From positions 272,288-336,287 of the forward strand of contig NMRA01000239.1 of assembly GCA_002633005.1 (NCBI GenBank): a stretch of 64,000 bases of DNA, written 5' to 3'. Within the stretch, counting starts at the first letter, position 1. The number at the start of each line of letters is the position of its first letter. Below, one piece after another: positions 12,901 through 24,200 of the stretch. The notes under the pieces were generated by a model. That model was not told the DNA's origin, ran no database searches, and saw nothing but the letters and a program-made list of their open reading frames with translations. A program made the position numbers and the translations under genes. The stretch is from Phoronis australis (taxonomy: Eukaryota; Animalia; Phoronida).

Positions 12901-15778
12901 AAGCACTCTGACATGAGTGTCTACGATCGTTTGAAGGACTTCTGGACTGCACACCTGCTGTCTTATCTCCAGTCGTTGAGTATAGTTGTGCATGATCAAC
13001 GTTTGACTGTTAGTGGTGCCCAGGCGGCCCTGAAGTCAATACTCTGTCCACCAGCACTGACCAAGGTTGGGAGTGGATGTGGTAAGTGGTCTGCAATGCA
13101 TATAGAACGTCTGTTCACTGGGGGTACGCCCATATAGGTATGCATACCAGGTGTGTATGCATCAATTTTGTATCGAAAACCATTAGGGGAAATGCCAATA
13201 AAATATCGTTTTAAAAAGTACGGTTATCATAGACATTTTGCAACTATGACTCATCAGCTGTTGCCCTTTTTTCTTAGTTCTCGGGCGACTATGCACCCTG
13301 TGGTGTAACCAAGATACGTGAAAACGATGACAGAATATGCAAACATTGCAGTCAAAAAGTGCACCTGAAAGTAGAGAGTTACACGTGCCTCCCTCTTGTG
13401 TTTCGTAGCAATCAGTGAATCAGTTGCCAGAAAGGTGTATCGTTTTCGTTTCATGGAACTTTGGAGCTTGTCATAAAAATCCATATTTTTGATAACCCTC
13501 ATGCATAAGTAGAACATTTTAAAAGGAATTGCATTACGGAAAACTGTGCATCAAGTATGTCACCAAACATACGCAAAATCATGGATGCTCGTGAGAATGA
13601 AATATGAAACGTGGGATTAACTTGTCACTCTAATTATCATTACCTAATCCACCATGAAAAAATCTTATGCTTTCTCTTCACTGTTGCTGAGTAAAGTTTT
13701 ACCCGAGTAATTTCTAGAAAATTACATGGTAAAAACAATTTTAGAAATTGTCTCCGTTCAGCATCTGTCAGTTATGTGTATAGTCTCGGAGACTGCATTG
13801 TTCAGAAATAATTGCGTGGGGTAAGACTAAATTTTTGACTTGAATCGCCTTTCATGAAACAGGCCGCTGGTGGTTTCAGTGCATTGCCAGAACTACTCTT
13901 CACTGATATCAGAAAAAGGTTGGATTGTTTTGTTTAGAGACCATTCTTAACTGATTTTTGTGCTAGTAACGAATCTGACAATATTAAGTTACTGGCAGCG
14001 CTTGTAGAGCTGGATCTTGTAAATTTTGCGTCTTGCGTGCCATGAGATGTTTGGTCAGTTTGTTAGCAAAAGTCAACTACCAAACATTCCTGCATAGCTC
14101 TAGCCACCTCACTATCGGCGCTCATTGTGTCCTAGGCCTCTCATTGGAGTTTCTTGACAACAGTGATGATGTGACCACGTTATCTGATGTTGAACTACAG
14201 AGGAACTACATTTTCATCATACACAATAGTGAAATATTTGCTGTTATTCCCCTTTAAAATTCGGTCAGTATAACTAGGAATTGCCATTAGTTATTTCACT
14301 GTGGTGAACCTGGACGTACATGTATATAGTCTCAAGCGTAACAGCATCTTTACATTAGTGTTTCTGTCACGAATTGCAAAATCAGTCAATTTCTAAACAA
14401 CATAGTAATGACAAATGGAAAACCAATGTTAATGCCAAATAGTGACAAGGAGGTCTTCGTGTATACAACTTTGAGGCATGCGTCCTGTGAGTGGGCACAT
14501 AACGCAGAATCAGAGAGAGTGCTGTGGTATTCTGGGAAGTGGTTGTTACGCTACTCAGCCATTTACCAGGTGATGGTTATAATACATTTTACTACGCATT
14601 GTGTACTATTTTCAGCCATCTGTCCCGCTGCCACGTTCTTCAATAAAAAGACAAGAGAATGCCAAGTGTGTCCAGTGAACACTTACCAACCGCAGCCAGG
14701 ACAATACAAGTGTCTGAGTTGTAAGAAGGGTTCCAATGCCGAGCTGGGTTCCACGGCATGCATAACAGCAGAGAAAACTGGTAAGACTATTTACTTAAAG
14801 AGGCAGGTTGTGTAATAATAATTATAGTAATAATGCCCGTATTTTGAGAACCAGTTTGATGCCAGTTATTCAGTGGAGAAAACTGGTTCTCAAAGTTTGG
14901 AGACAGTGTATCGGACCATTACCCAAGTAATAATAATAGGACAGAGGTGTCGTAATTTTCCAAAATGAATTGCACCAAAAGGGGCGACACATTACTTAGG
15001 CCTCCTACAGGTCCATTGTAACACATGCTATGCTCAAGTTCACTAGTCATACTACCAGTCTGCTCTAGGAATTCTGCAGGGTTTTAATTGTTTTGTTATC
15101 TATGAAAATTTTCACCGACACTGGTTTAATTAGACAGCATTCTTTTCTAATGTTTTGGTATGGGAAGCGATTGACCTGGTTTTTCTGACATTTCATTGAT
15201 CCAGCATTTCGGGCAGCAAGAATCTGTTGCTTGAGCCGTTGTTTACTTAATGTTTCTGCAGGTTACAGTGACCTGTTATCACCAGCATTACAAACTGCAG
15301 TTGAGACCTGGTCAGACTCAAAAGCTTGGTAGTAAGACTGGGAGTTAACCAGCTCACCACATCTTCCTTATTACTTTCAAAGTTGGATCCTTCAGTGTAT
15401 ACAACTTATTGTAATCAAATTTAGATTGACCATCCGCAAGTTGAACCGTAAGGGATATTCTAGGGAAATTCAGCTATAATTGTTGATTTAACCCCAAACT
15501 GTTTCCACGTTTGACTTTCAGTACACAATGACAGGTTTCCAACTGGAAGTGTGGTGGGCGGTATCTTTGGAGTTGTGGCTTGCATCGCGTTGGTAGTCAT
15601 TGCGGTTTTGTTCATTCGACATCGCAGACATTACGGAGGTCACCTGCCTATCAACTTCAACAACCCGTCTTATGAGGAGTACGAGAACTGCTCAGGAACT
15701 GAGTTTGAAAACCCAAGTTATGGCTTGCGTGCCAGCTACTGTGCGTCGGAAGAGAAAACTGCTTTGTCGTCATTTTAG
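739..15778 (+). CDS. 5'-partial mosaic type-I transmembrane receptor (FN2 x3, YWTD-like propeller end, EGF, mucin-like stalk, HYR, CCP/sushi, spacer, ephrin-receptor-like Cys repeat, TM, NPxY tail)
   Basis: Twelve phase-compatible exons: 739-906, 1419-1589, 2974-3138, 4327-4530, 5113-5229, 6152-6352, 8806-9042, 10247-10426, 12348-12612, 12894-13081, 14616-14780, 15522-15778 (TAG). Together 2318 nt, ~772 aa, open throughout. Acceptors are AG; donors are GT except one GC at 6353. The start lies upstream of the window. Confidence 0.88.
1419..1589 (+). CDS. Fibronectin type II domain exon 2
   Basis: TFGGNGTGTPCVFPFVYGGRQHFSCITMDHTQPWCATSDNYTQDRLWGNC; canonical splice sites, phase 1-1. Confidence 0.93.
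2974..3138 (+). CDS. Fibronectin type II domain exon 3 (missed by the ORF track)
   Basis: NNIQTFGGNGGGGLCVFPFLFKGQNYFTCPSVNHNQPWCSTTWNYDRDKKWGNC; boundaries tatcag / g|gtaatg, phase 1-1. Confidence 0.92.
3139..3242. repeat. 17-bp minisatellite (GTAATGCAGAGGATATT) x6
   Basis: Five perfect units and one 16-bp variant, starting exactly at the donor of FN2 exon 3. Confidence 0.95.
4327..4530 (+). CDS. Exon resembling the last blades of an LDLR class B (YWTD) beta-propeller
   Basis: INKTELNILNLPHIYDIKVLDDYLFLTSWNSSALYVVDLLTNQLRTVAPGLMRPTQMVVQFDP resembles the LRP pattern LPHPFxIxVFEDYLYWTDW...LxxPxxIxV. It is followed directly by an EGF exon, as in LDLR-family proteins. Confidence 0.7.
5113..5229 (+). 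CDS. EGF-like domain exon
   Basis: CPVDLQCDECKYVPGVNMMCTCEEDSHLGPDGHTC has six Cys and the CxC...LxxDGxTC ending. Confidence 0.85.
5344..5450. mobile_element. ~107-bp hairpin MITE, Merlin-like (GG terminus, 8-bp TSD)
   Basis: Arms gtgcccacattttgagagccagtt / aactggttctcaaaatgtgggcac; flanks ctaaaggg / ctgaaggg. Homologous copies at ~12678-12789 and ~14825-14924. Confidence 0.65.
6369..6410. repeat. (TTA)n microsatellite
   Basis: attataattattattattgttattattatt. Confidence 0.85.
6515..6641. repeat. 127-bp near-perfect palindrome (probable foldback element)
   Basis: atagattattacatgttttcagtcgttat...gtagatttgg, a 7-nt loop, then ccaaatctac...ataacgactgagaacatgtaataatctat. Confidence 0.85.
7945..8264. 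mobile_element. Dispersed TA-terminated non-autonomous DNA element
   Basis: Shares ttgggac...gattttggc and ttcactgtcccaaa.tggagaattt.tac.gta with ~15850-16180, ~23545-23821 and 48057-48134. Confidence 0.65.
8806..9042 (+). CDS. HYR domain exon
   Basis: PLYCPQDIHV...VSFTQP...THKSDTDFKVGTTKVTFIA...CSFNIIV matches HYR motifs (CPxDI, FxVGxTxV, CxFxV). Confidence 0.85.
9676..9790 (+). mobile_element. tRNA-derived SINE head (degenerate)
   Basis: B box GGTTCGAGTCCC followed by ...acccttgaatcagg; no complete cloverleaf. Confidence 0.45.
10247..10426 (+). CDS. CCP/sushi-like domain exon
   Basis: CGELPVVTNGNFKCSGSKCFVECFGRY...YTCQKKKW...AC; phase 1-1 splice sites. Confidence 0.75.
11480..12195 (+). 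mobile_element. Degenerate Helentron-type tandem-core element (same family as 34602-36131)
   Basis: Shares gattttcatgaaattt, ggatggattcgacgta, gactactgtggcg and the 3' end ttgtgggtgcatttcaacgct. Confidence 0.65.
12678..12789. mobile_element. Hairpin MITE, Merlin-like, copy 2
   Basis: Arms tgcccgtattttgagaaccagttt / aaactggttctcaaaattagggca; flanks gtattcat / gtattcac. Confidence 0.7.
14616..14780 (+). CDS. Ephrin-receptor-like (GCC2_GCC3) Cys-repeat exon
   Basis: CPAATFFNKKTRECQVCPVNTYQPQPGQYKCLSCKKGS...GSTAC. Confidence 0.88.
14825..14924. mobile_element. Hairpin MITE, Merlin-like, copy 3
   Basis: tgcccgtattttgagaaccagttt...aaactggttctcaaag...gaccattacc. Confidence 0.65.
15522..15778 (+). 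CDS. Terminal exon: transmembrane helix and cytoplasmic tail with two NPxY motifs
   Basis: VVGGIFGVVACIALVVIAVLFI followed by the RHRR stop-transfer signal, then FNNPSY and FENPSY; ends ...LSSF*. Confidence 0.9.
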
Positions 15779-16513
15779 ATATGGTCTTTAAAATGTTTTC
15801 ATTTCAGCAGTACCTAAGGAATGCTTTTAACCAGAATTGCCACAAAATTTCTGCAGTTTGAGGCCACCTCTAAAATTTGGAACACAGATATTCTTGCAGA
15901 AATTGAATTGGGATGCAGTCAATTTTGGCGTTCATGTTTTTCAAATTTTGGCCAGTGTATTTTGTAAAGACAGTCTGAAAATACCTTTTGAAGTTCACAA
16001 AATTGTCAAAAATTGCTGCCTCTGTGATCTTCATGCATTCTAATAGTGTGTAACTTTCAAATTAATGATCGTTTGTCATTGACCACAGCAATTCTTGAAT
16101 TTGGGACGACCAGTATTGCCTATTTTTAAGATTTGGTAGATGCTCTGATCTTGAATTAAATTTAATTTTTAAGTGTTCCATACTGCATAACTGTTACGGT
16201 ATTGTTTTCCTGGCTCTTTTCAACAGTGCATGCCACACCAGTGATACTTAATACATGGTCCTTCATATTCCTGCATTCCATCTCGGTTAGCATAAACAAT
16301 TGATTGGACTCGAGAGTATTTCATCATCTCTAGTTGGTTATTGGGTTTGCACAACTAAAAGAGTACTAAAACCTTCTAGGAATTTTTAAATAAGTGGGTG
16401 TTGTGCTCTTCTATAAATAATACTTTCTTGGATAGATATGGTCAGAAAAATTGCATTTTGTTTATATTCAATGCTAAAATATGATTTAGTGTTTGGGGGA
16501 ATACTTTTTGTAA

Positions 16514-16762
16514 CATGGCTTGGAATTTTCTTTTTTTAAGAGAATTTCCTCTTTTTTGGTATCGATTTCCTCTTATTTGATTTTCAGTTTCCTCTTTTTG
16601 CGTCTTCTTTTTATCATTATTTTGACTCTATTTAGGCAAAATGTTTATTTCAGTTAAATTTTACAACACAAAAATATTTCGATTACACAACCCCATTTAT
16701 TTGTGGAATGATACATCACATGGAAAATTTTCCCTTTTTGTCATCGGTCATTTCAAGCCCTG
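16514..16762. mobile_element. hAT-like MITE with 6-bp TSD
   Basis: TIR catggcttggaat / atttcaagccctg, flanked by TTGTAA on both sides. Confidence 0.65.
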
Positions 16763-18278
16763 TTGTAACTGAAATATAACAAATTAACTGATTAATAATT
16801 TCCATAAAATAACATTAAATATTCACCTCTTCCTTAATCACTTAAATTTGTTTCAAGTTTAAATCCTGTTACATTTAGAATTTTTCATCAGTTAAATCAA
16901 CATTGCTTCTTACCCGGTCTTTTTTCACATAACCAATTATGGGTTTCAAACAGGGATATTGCCTAAACTTAAGAAAGGCCGATTGCAAAACCATTTCTTT
17001 GTAGTAGTGCATCCTAATACTGAGTGCGAGTGCTGTAGTTGATGCAATACAAGTTATTCCAAGCAATTTAAATCACCTTGGTACTTATTGGTAATGTACA
17101 ATACATGAATTAATTCACTGCTTTTGTAGAAATTTTAATTCTCCTTCCCAGAGCTAGACAGTTTCAACATTGTCAGTGTGTGCAACCACTAAATACTGGT
17201 TTTTAGTTTTTTCAGCCGCAGTTTTTAATTGTTCATCTTCAAGGTATCTGTGCTTATGAATATGAGGAATTGAAAAGTACAAAATGTGTTGTTTTTTAAC
17301 TGTATTGAAATTAGTAGTCAAAAGACACATAGCAGAGCTTACTGTTGCATATTCCAATGCCAGACAAAAGAAAGGCTTTCAGATATAATACAGCTTAATG
17401 ATAAACAATTCTTTGTGGCGTTTGACGAAGATAAGATCAAAGGAACGCATTTCTCGCACATTTTTCCCATTCACGAACTTGGTTGATTTTCAGACAGAAT
17501 TTCAAGCACTAGCTTGTATAGTCGTATAGTACCTGTACAATCATCAATTGTAACACAGTAGAATAACAAAGATTATAAAACACGGACACCACAAACAGAG
17601 ACCAAGTGGGAAAAACTACCTACATGTCGCAAAGTATCAGTTCTCTACCACTTAACCAGCTTTTATCCACTACAGAAAGGGTGCCCTAATTTGACACATT
17701 TATTGGAACGTTTTAGTGCTGCAAAATGACATAACAGTACCACACAAGTCAATTGAAGTCAAAGTGGATTAGATGTGGTGCACGTTTTGACTCCTTACAT
17801 ATGTATGGCATAACTATTTTGTGAGGAACAATCTCAAGTCCTTGTTTGGCAACAGGATCTCAAAGAACTGGCTTCATCCTTTTTTCTGACAATATCCATG
17901 CATTAATTAGATCACAAATAATACGGAGGTTGACCTTTAGACCAATAACAACAAATTAAGAATCTGCAGTCAGACATATTCCAGACCTAAGATAATAAAA
18001 GTTCGACACAGAAGTCCCTCTACAAAATGGCTGGTTCTCGGTAATCATTTTGAAGAGGGACCCGCCTACTCGACTTTTACCCTATGTTCAATACTCTGCT
18101 CGACAATTCACCCTTTTCTATCAATAATCAATCGCATGGCTTTGTCACAACAGACACAATTCTGTAAATCCTAAGAGAGGCCACAGTCTTCTCTGTGAGT
18201 CACTGTTATAGCTTTGTATCACTTATCACACACCAGCTTGTGTTCCAGCTTGAACAGTCTACACCTTATTGCTTAGCG

Positions 18279-21200
18279 TTAATCAGAGCGCTTCTCGGCA
18301 TACTTTTTTGTATAATCTTCGGCATTTTTCATAAATTTTTTCCTATCCTTTGTGTATTCCTCAGCTAGATCCCCACGCAGTGGATGTTCCGGCTCGGGGT
18401 CGTTCACCAAGGCAACTAGCGCTTGTATTACTGCAAAACAGGAGCACAGTTCTTTGAACAGATAATTAAACTCATTCGGATATTGCACACATAAACAAGT
18501 ATAGCAATGTCTTACAATGGTCATGGAGTGAAATCAACACATCAAACTCCTTCAGAAACAACCACTTGTCACAGGTTGACTAAATTGTCGCCCACTGACT
18601 CGGGAAGCAAGCATTAAAGATATAATCTTATGTGTTATGAATTATTTGTGCAATGATAAACCAGATCAATACCTTCACAACACTATTTACAAAAAAATCT
18701 GACAAGTGCAATGCATTTAGCAATGCTTTCCAATGTGTTCATGCTACAAAACTTCTAGGGGTATTTATTAGTATAAACAAATGACCACTAGGAGGCACGA
18801 AATCTGATGAGTGAGGTAAAAAACAGATGAGCGTCATGTTCTCCTTAATAGAAGCCTGTATGCCACACAGGCTAAGGGCTGTTCCAGCAAAATCTGTGTG
18901 GGAGAGGGGGGGGGAAGGCAACTGACATAAAAATTTATGGGTGGTTGCGTTTGATTTAAATTCAAAATGGCTGGTGGTTGTACTTCAAAAAAACAAAAAT
19001 TTACAGGTCGTTGTTGTTTCATTGGGCCATAAATGTTTGATGGTGGGTAATTTTAGTAAATTTTATAAACAATCCGCACAGAATCAAAAACTGAAACAAA
19101 AATGCAACTTGCAAGAAGCTCCGACTTTTTCACTCCCTCTGTTCTCTTTATCGGCATGCCCATAACACCATTTAACCACAGGTGCTCGAATTTCTCAACG
19201 GCTAATAACCATATATAAGAAACATATGTTTTCTTAGTAATGAATGACGTTAGTGGTGATGGAGGAACAGATAAACTCAAGCGCCTGTGCAGTCAACCAC
19301 AAGAACAAAAAAAATTACGGGTGGTTGCATTTCAAACTTATAAAAAATTACGGGTGGTAGGCTGAAGAAATAAATGAAAAATATGGGTGGTGGGTGCGAA
19401 AAAAAGGTGCCTTCCCCCCTCCCATACAGATTTTACTGGAACAGCCCTAAGCCATCTGTAGACTGAGTTTTAGCTGAAAGACTCATAGAGTAATAGACTC
19501 ATCAAGAAACAAGCCCCTGGTTTTACGATTATCAAGGCTTAGAATTTTCTGTGGAAACGTGGATTTCCACTTTTTCCTCTTATACTCTCCACGTACTTTT
19601 GTTATATTTCCGCGGAAAAAATCGGATTTGCCATAAAATTATTAAAGCAAATTGAATTCTCACCACGTCATTGACGACGACTTGAAAAGTGGAAACTGCT
19701 CTTAATGTTTCTGAGGAACAAAAATTGTAATTACCGGGGCACCTGGGATCACAGGCGCTTGAATTTCCCGAATAACCAAAAAAATAAGATACATGTTTTC
19801 GTAGTAGTGAGTGACGTCAGTGGCGAACGAGGAACAGATAAATTCAAGTGCCTGTGCCTGAGATAGCGTGGCTCATCAATGGCGTCTGCATGTGGTATAA
19901 AATTGCGGTGACAAATAGTGCGATTCTGCGGTCAAAAATGCGTGGAGCCTGGAGTAGACAGAATATTTCGTGGAAAAAATGGATAAAAGAAACGGTCAAT
20001 GCATTCACAAACAATAGAAGTCAAGTTTTTCGCTCAATAAACTTTAACAGAGGAACAATTATGGCACATGTGGCTGAGTCGCCTAGGTCGGAGTCTGAGA
20101 ACTAACTGAAAATGATGAAACACTAGAAATAATGCTTCCTGAAAGGAAATTCAACCGTAACCGGTTATTCGTTGGATTGGAATCGTGGGATGCAAGTGAT
20201 GTATGAAGTTCTTTTGTTTGATCCCACGTGCACACCCGTCGGCTGCTAGTGCTAGGCCTGATTGCCTGAGTGCGATTTTCTACGTGCTGCCGAAAAGGGA
20301 TACAAAGTACTATTTTCGTTACTGCAAATGTGTTTTAAATTGCCGTTTATGTATTCCAATTTATTTTAACATCTTTCGTGTTCTGTTTTGTGACTAGAGT
20401 TTTGCAGTTCAAGGGAGAAGTGATCACGTGACAGATTCTGAATGATCTGATTAGTTTAAGCCATTGTTTACAAAATATGCCAGCCTATTTTCACTGTCCT
20501 TGTAGTTATTTCTTATGTCACGTAGTTTCTTCTACATTAGCGTGGCTTATGAACAATTAACTCCTGTAATTACTGTTTGAAACTGAAAAGTTTGGCCAAC
20601 TTAGGATTGTGATTGATGTATTCTATAGTTTAAAATATGTTTTTTCCACGCTAACAGTTGGGGTATGAGCCACAGATTTTCGTCTTAACTTTTTTCCATA
20701 TGCGTTGGAATTAAATATTTTTGTTGGAATTAAATGTGTATGTATTCAGGCTTTCCAGATAATCTCTGGGTTGATTTTCAAATTCTTTTTGCAATTTTGT
20801 ATCGTAATTATAAGACTTTGAAAATAATTTTATAGGTCTCCCTGCGGCAAATCAAGAATAAGCTCCCGCCACTCGCACTGCAAATTTTGCATCATTATCT
20901 TTATTATTTTAGTTTTAAAAAACATCTTTTGTTGCATCTAATTGCCTTCATTGTTGTAGCTGAAATATCTGTCAGGTACTGCTTTACGAAGATTGCGTTT
21001 TGCCAACACGACACAGTTACAGGACATCTTGTGATGATAATGTTTACTTTAGATCTGTTGAGGTATGGTTTAGATTGAAATGTGTATTTTGGGACATAAA
21101 AATTTCCTCTTTTTTGCCATGGGTCATTCCAAGCCCTGGATTATAGCCTGGAAACCAAATAATAGTCTATGGAGTGCAAGCAACAATTCTCTCAGAACAG

Positions 21201-24200
21201 AAAAAAAAACAAATTGTCATAGTCATCTAAGAAGAAAGGTTGCACATTTCATAGGTAAACCAGTTCACTTGTGGAAACAAAGACAAACTGGGCATCACAA
21301 CTGTAATATTATGCCTTTCTAACTTAAAACAAAGACCAGTCGTACATTTTGCACCATCCGTGCCAACGTGTACAGCACAGATCACAAATTCTTGTCTGGT
21401 CGGGAACGAGTCAGCTTTTTTGCCGACCACAGTGCCGACTGATAAGTCAACTTCCCTGCCATCTCTTACGGCCGACACTGATTGCCGAACGCTCATCAGC
21501 TGACTCAATGGTGGTCGACTGTTTTTTTTTAGGCTAGAGAACAAACAGCAAACAGATGTTTGTTTGGCTAAAGTTCATCCGCTAAATCATAAGGTAATTG
21601 CTGACTGAGGATATGCTTAATCCGAATCGATCGTCTAAGCTAGGCGACCAGTTTGCTGACCCACAGCTGACTATAGAGTTAACTCAGCTGGCAACTCCTA
21701 ATAGGGCACTGCTGCTTTGCTCCTGCTAGACTCGACGACTGGTTGTCAACCCATTTCCAACCGCTTAGAAAAAAATTTGTGATCTGTGCAAAAGATGTGA
21801 CTGGTTCATTATGACCTTTCACCCCGTAAGGCTTTACATACAAACCTTGATCTGTTTTGGTAGCAGGCTTCCAATTCTCCGGACTGATTATCGGTAGACA
21901 GACCTGGCCCTTCTCATCGATGTTGGGGTGGTAGATTTTGGTCTTGAATGTGATTTTGGGGGGCTTAAATGGGTACTCTGCAGGAAAATTTATCTCAATC
22001 TTGAATGCTCCTTTGTTGAATGGTGCACATTCCTGCAAAACACGCGTGAAAGGAGACACCGTTAGTTGGGAAGCCGATACTATAGTGGACTACTTTGTGA
22101 CTTTTATGTCATAACGTTAGCTCAACATACTAAGAAGTTCCATAACATACTAAGAAGTTCCATGGACCAAAAACTAAAAGTTGAATTCATTACTTAATCA
22201 ACATTTATGAAGAATACTTGCCATTTGAATAATAATAAAAAAACAGAGCTTGCATTGGTGACCTGCAGAATATGTTTGGTAACCTAGTGAAAATCCTTGG
22301 TCATAAACATGTGACCAACGACCACATACTCAAAGTACTACAGCAAGTAAACATGGAAGTCGGAAACGTTCGTCAAAAATCGGCAGGGCCAGTATACGAG
22401 TCGTGTACAGGTAACTCGAGTCGATCATATTCGTCTGCCTTTCGGCGGGATACTGTGCATGAGAGGGTGAAATTAGTGTCACAGAGCAGGTACGACAGTT
22501 CTAATAACATTCGTTTGAGCAACATCTTTGTATGCACTGAACATTCTAAATTGTACAATATTGGGTCTTTAAAAGTATCAGTTATGTGCAAACAGTATAC
22601 TCACTGGATGAATTTTGCCTTGCCACAAAAGTATGTTTGATTCGTCCACAAGTATGTCCCTGAATGAAGTCTGGCTACTACCGCGGATATCAGCCAGTTC
22701 CTGGAACAAGATTCACAGGTTGTTGTACCAAGGGCAGATTTTCAGTTCACCATTCTTGTTTGTAGTTATAATGCGGATTGGAAATACTTTTCCGTAATAG
22801 AAACTGATCATGCAGGACCTATGGTATACAAGGCACCAAAAATGGAGCAAAAGGGTACAAGCTATTTATATGTATTTCAAATTAGTGCAAACAGTACAAA
22901 GAACCCCAGGGACATTATTGGACTGCACCTTTGCACCATTGGTGCATAAAAAATGATATGGAACAAGTACATTGCAGCAGCGCACCCCCTCCCCCCAAAT
23001 AAAACGTGACTATTGTTATTTCGATTGCGGCTTGGGGTTTCTGTCTTGTATGTTACCACTTAAATTACACAAGGTCTGTTGGGCGCAACTTTTTTGAAAA
23101 ACGCACACTTTTTATCATCAGGTGCACCCAAGGGGCAGAGGTTTAAATCTGATCAGGAATATCCCTGGAGCTCTGTTCAGTATTCAACAAAAAGAGTATC
23201 TTTCAAGTGAAATATTTCATGCGCCACACATTGAAAACGCCTCCACTTGCTACCAGGTGTCTCAAGGAGTCGCCCTAGTAGCTGTTGATCATGATGGCAA
23301 TGAGTCACATCACAACAGGAATCCTTGTTCATGATAGCAATTTGCAGAATCACACAATCAAAGCATTTAGTTAATGCCTTGATAATGGAGTTTAACTACC
23401 ACGCTCAACTTGTGACTAACAGAAGGTGACAATGGCCAACCACGCCACATTGGATTCTGCACACTGACAGGGCTCAATCCACCATGCTGCAAACAACTAC
23501 TTAATAATAACAAGCAGCCCTAGTACCAAAAAATTCTCCAGTATGTGACAGTCCATAAAATTCAAGACATGGAAATTCAAACAAAAATTCAACTTTCTTA
23601 GTTCTGAAAATTGGGACGCAGTCGATTTTGGCGTTAATCGCATTTCTCAAATTTTGGTCCTCATAGTGTATAACATCTAGGCGAACGATCCGTTTTTCAT
23701 TGACCGCAATTCTTTACTTTGGGACGGCCAATATTGCCCATTTCTATAATTTGGGGACAAGCTCCGACCTTGAGTAAAAAATTTATTTTTCACTGTCCCA
23801 AACTGGAGAATTTCTACTGTACTTGAAGTAAATGGCTAACATCTTATCATAGATACAGACAGCATGTCAAAGTGCTAACAAAAAGTAGTCACTGTAAACA
23901 GCTCTTATAGCATCAACAAATGTCACAAAAGATAGACCTACTCCAGCTAAGCCAGTTTCATGAAAATTAAGCTAAGGCTGAAAGTCTGAAAATCTGTCTA
24001 CAACTCAAAGTCAAGGGACAGAAATCTGTAGCCTGAGCGAATAGGTAGAAGACTCTTAGAGAAACTGGACGCAAGTATGCAAGCAAGGTTAGCAGCACTT
24101 TCAAATCTCACCAATTGAAAATAATGATCAATATTGATTGACCTGTACACCTACTGGTAATCAATTCAACAGGCCAATCAACAGGCACTACACTACAAGT

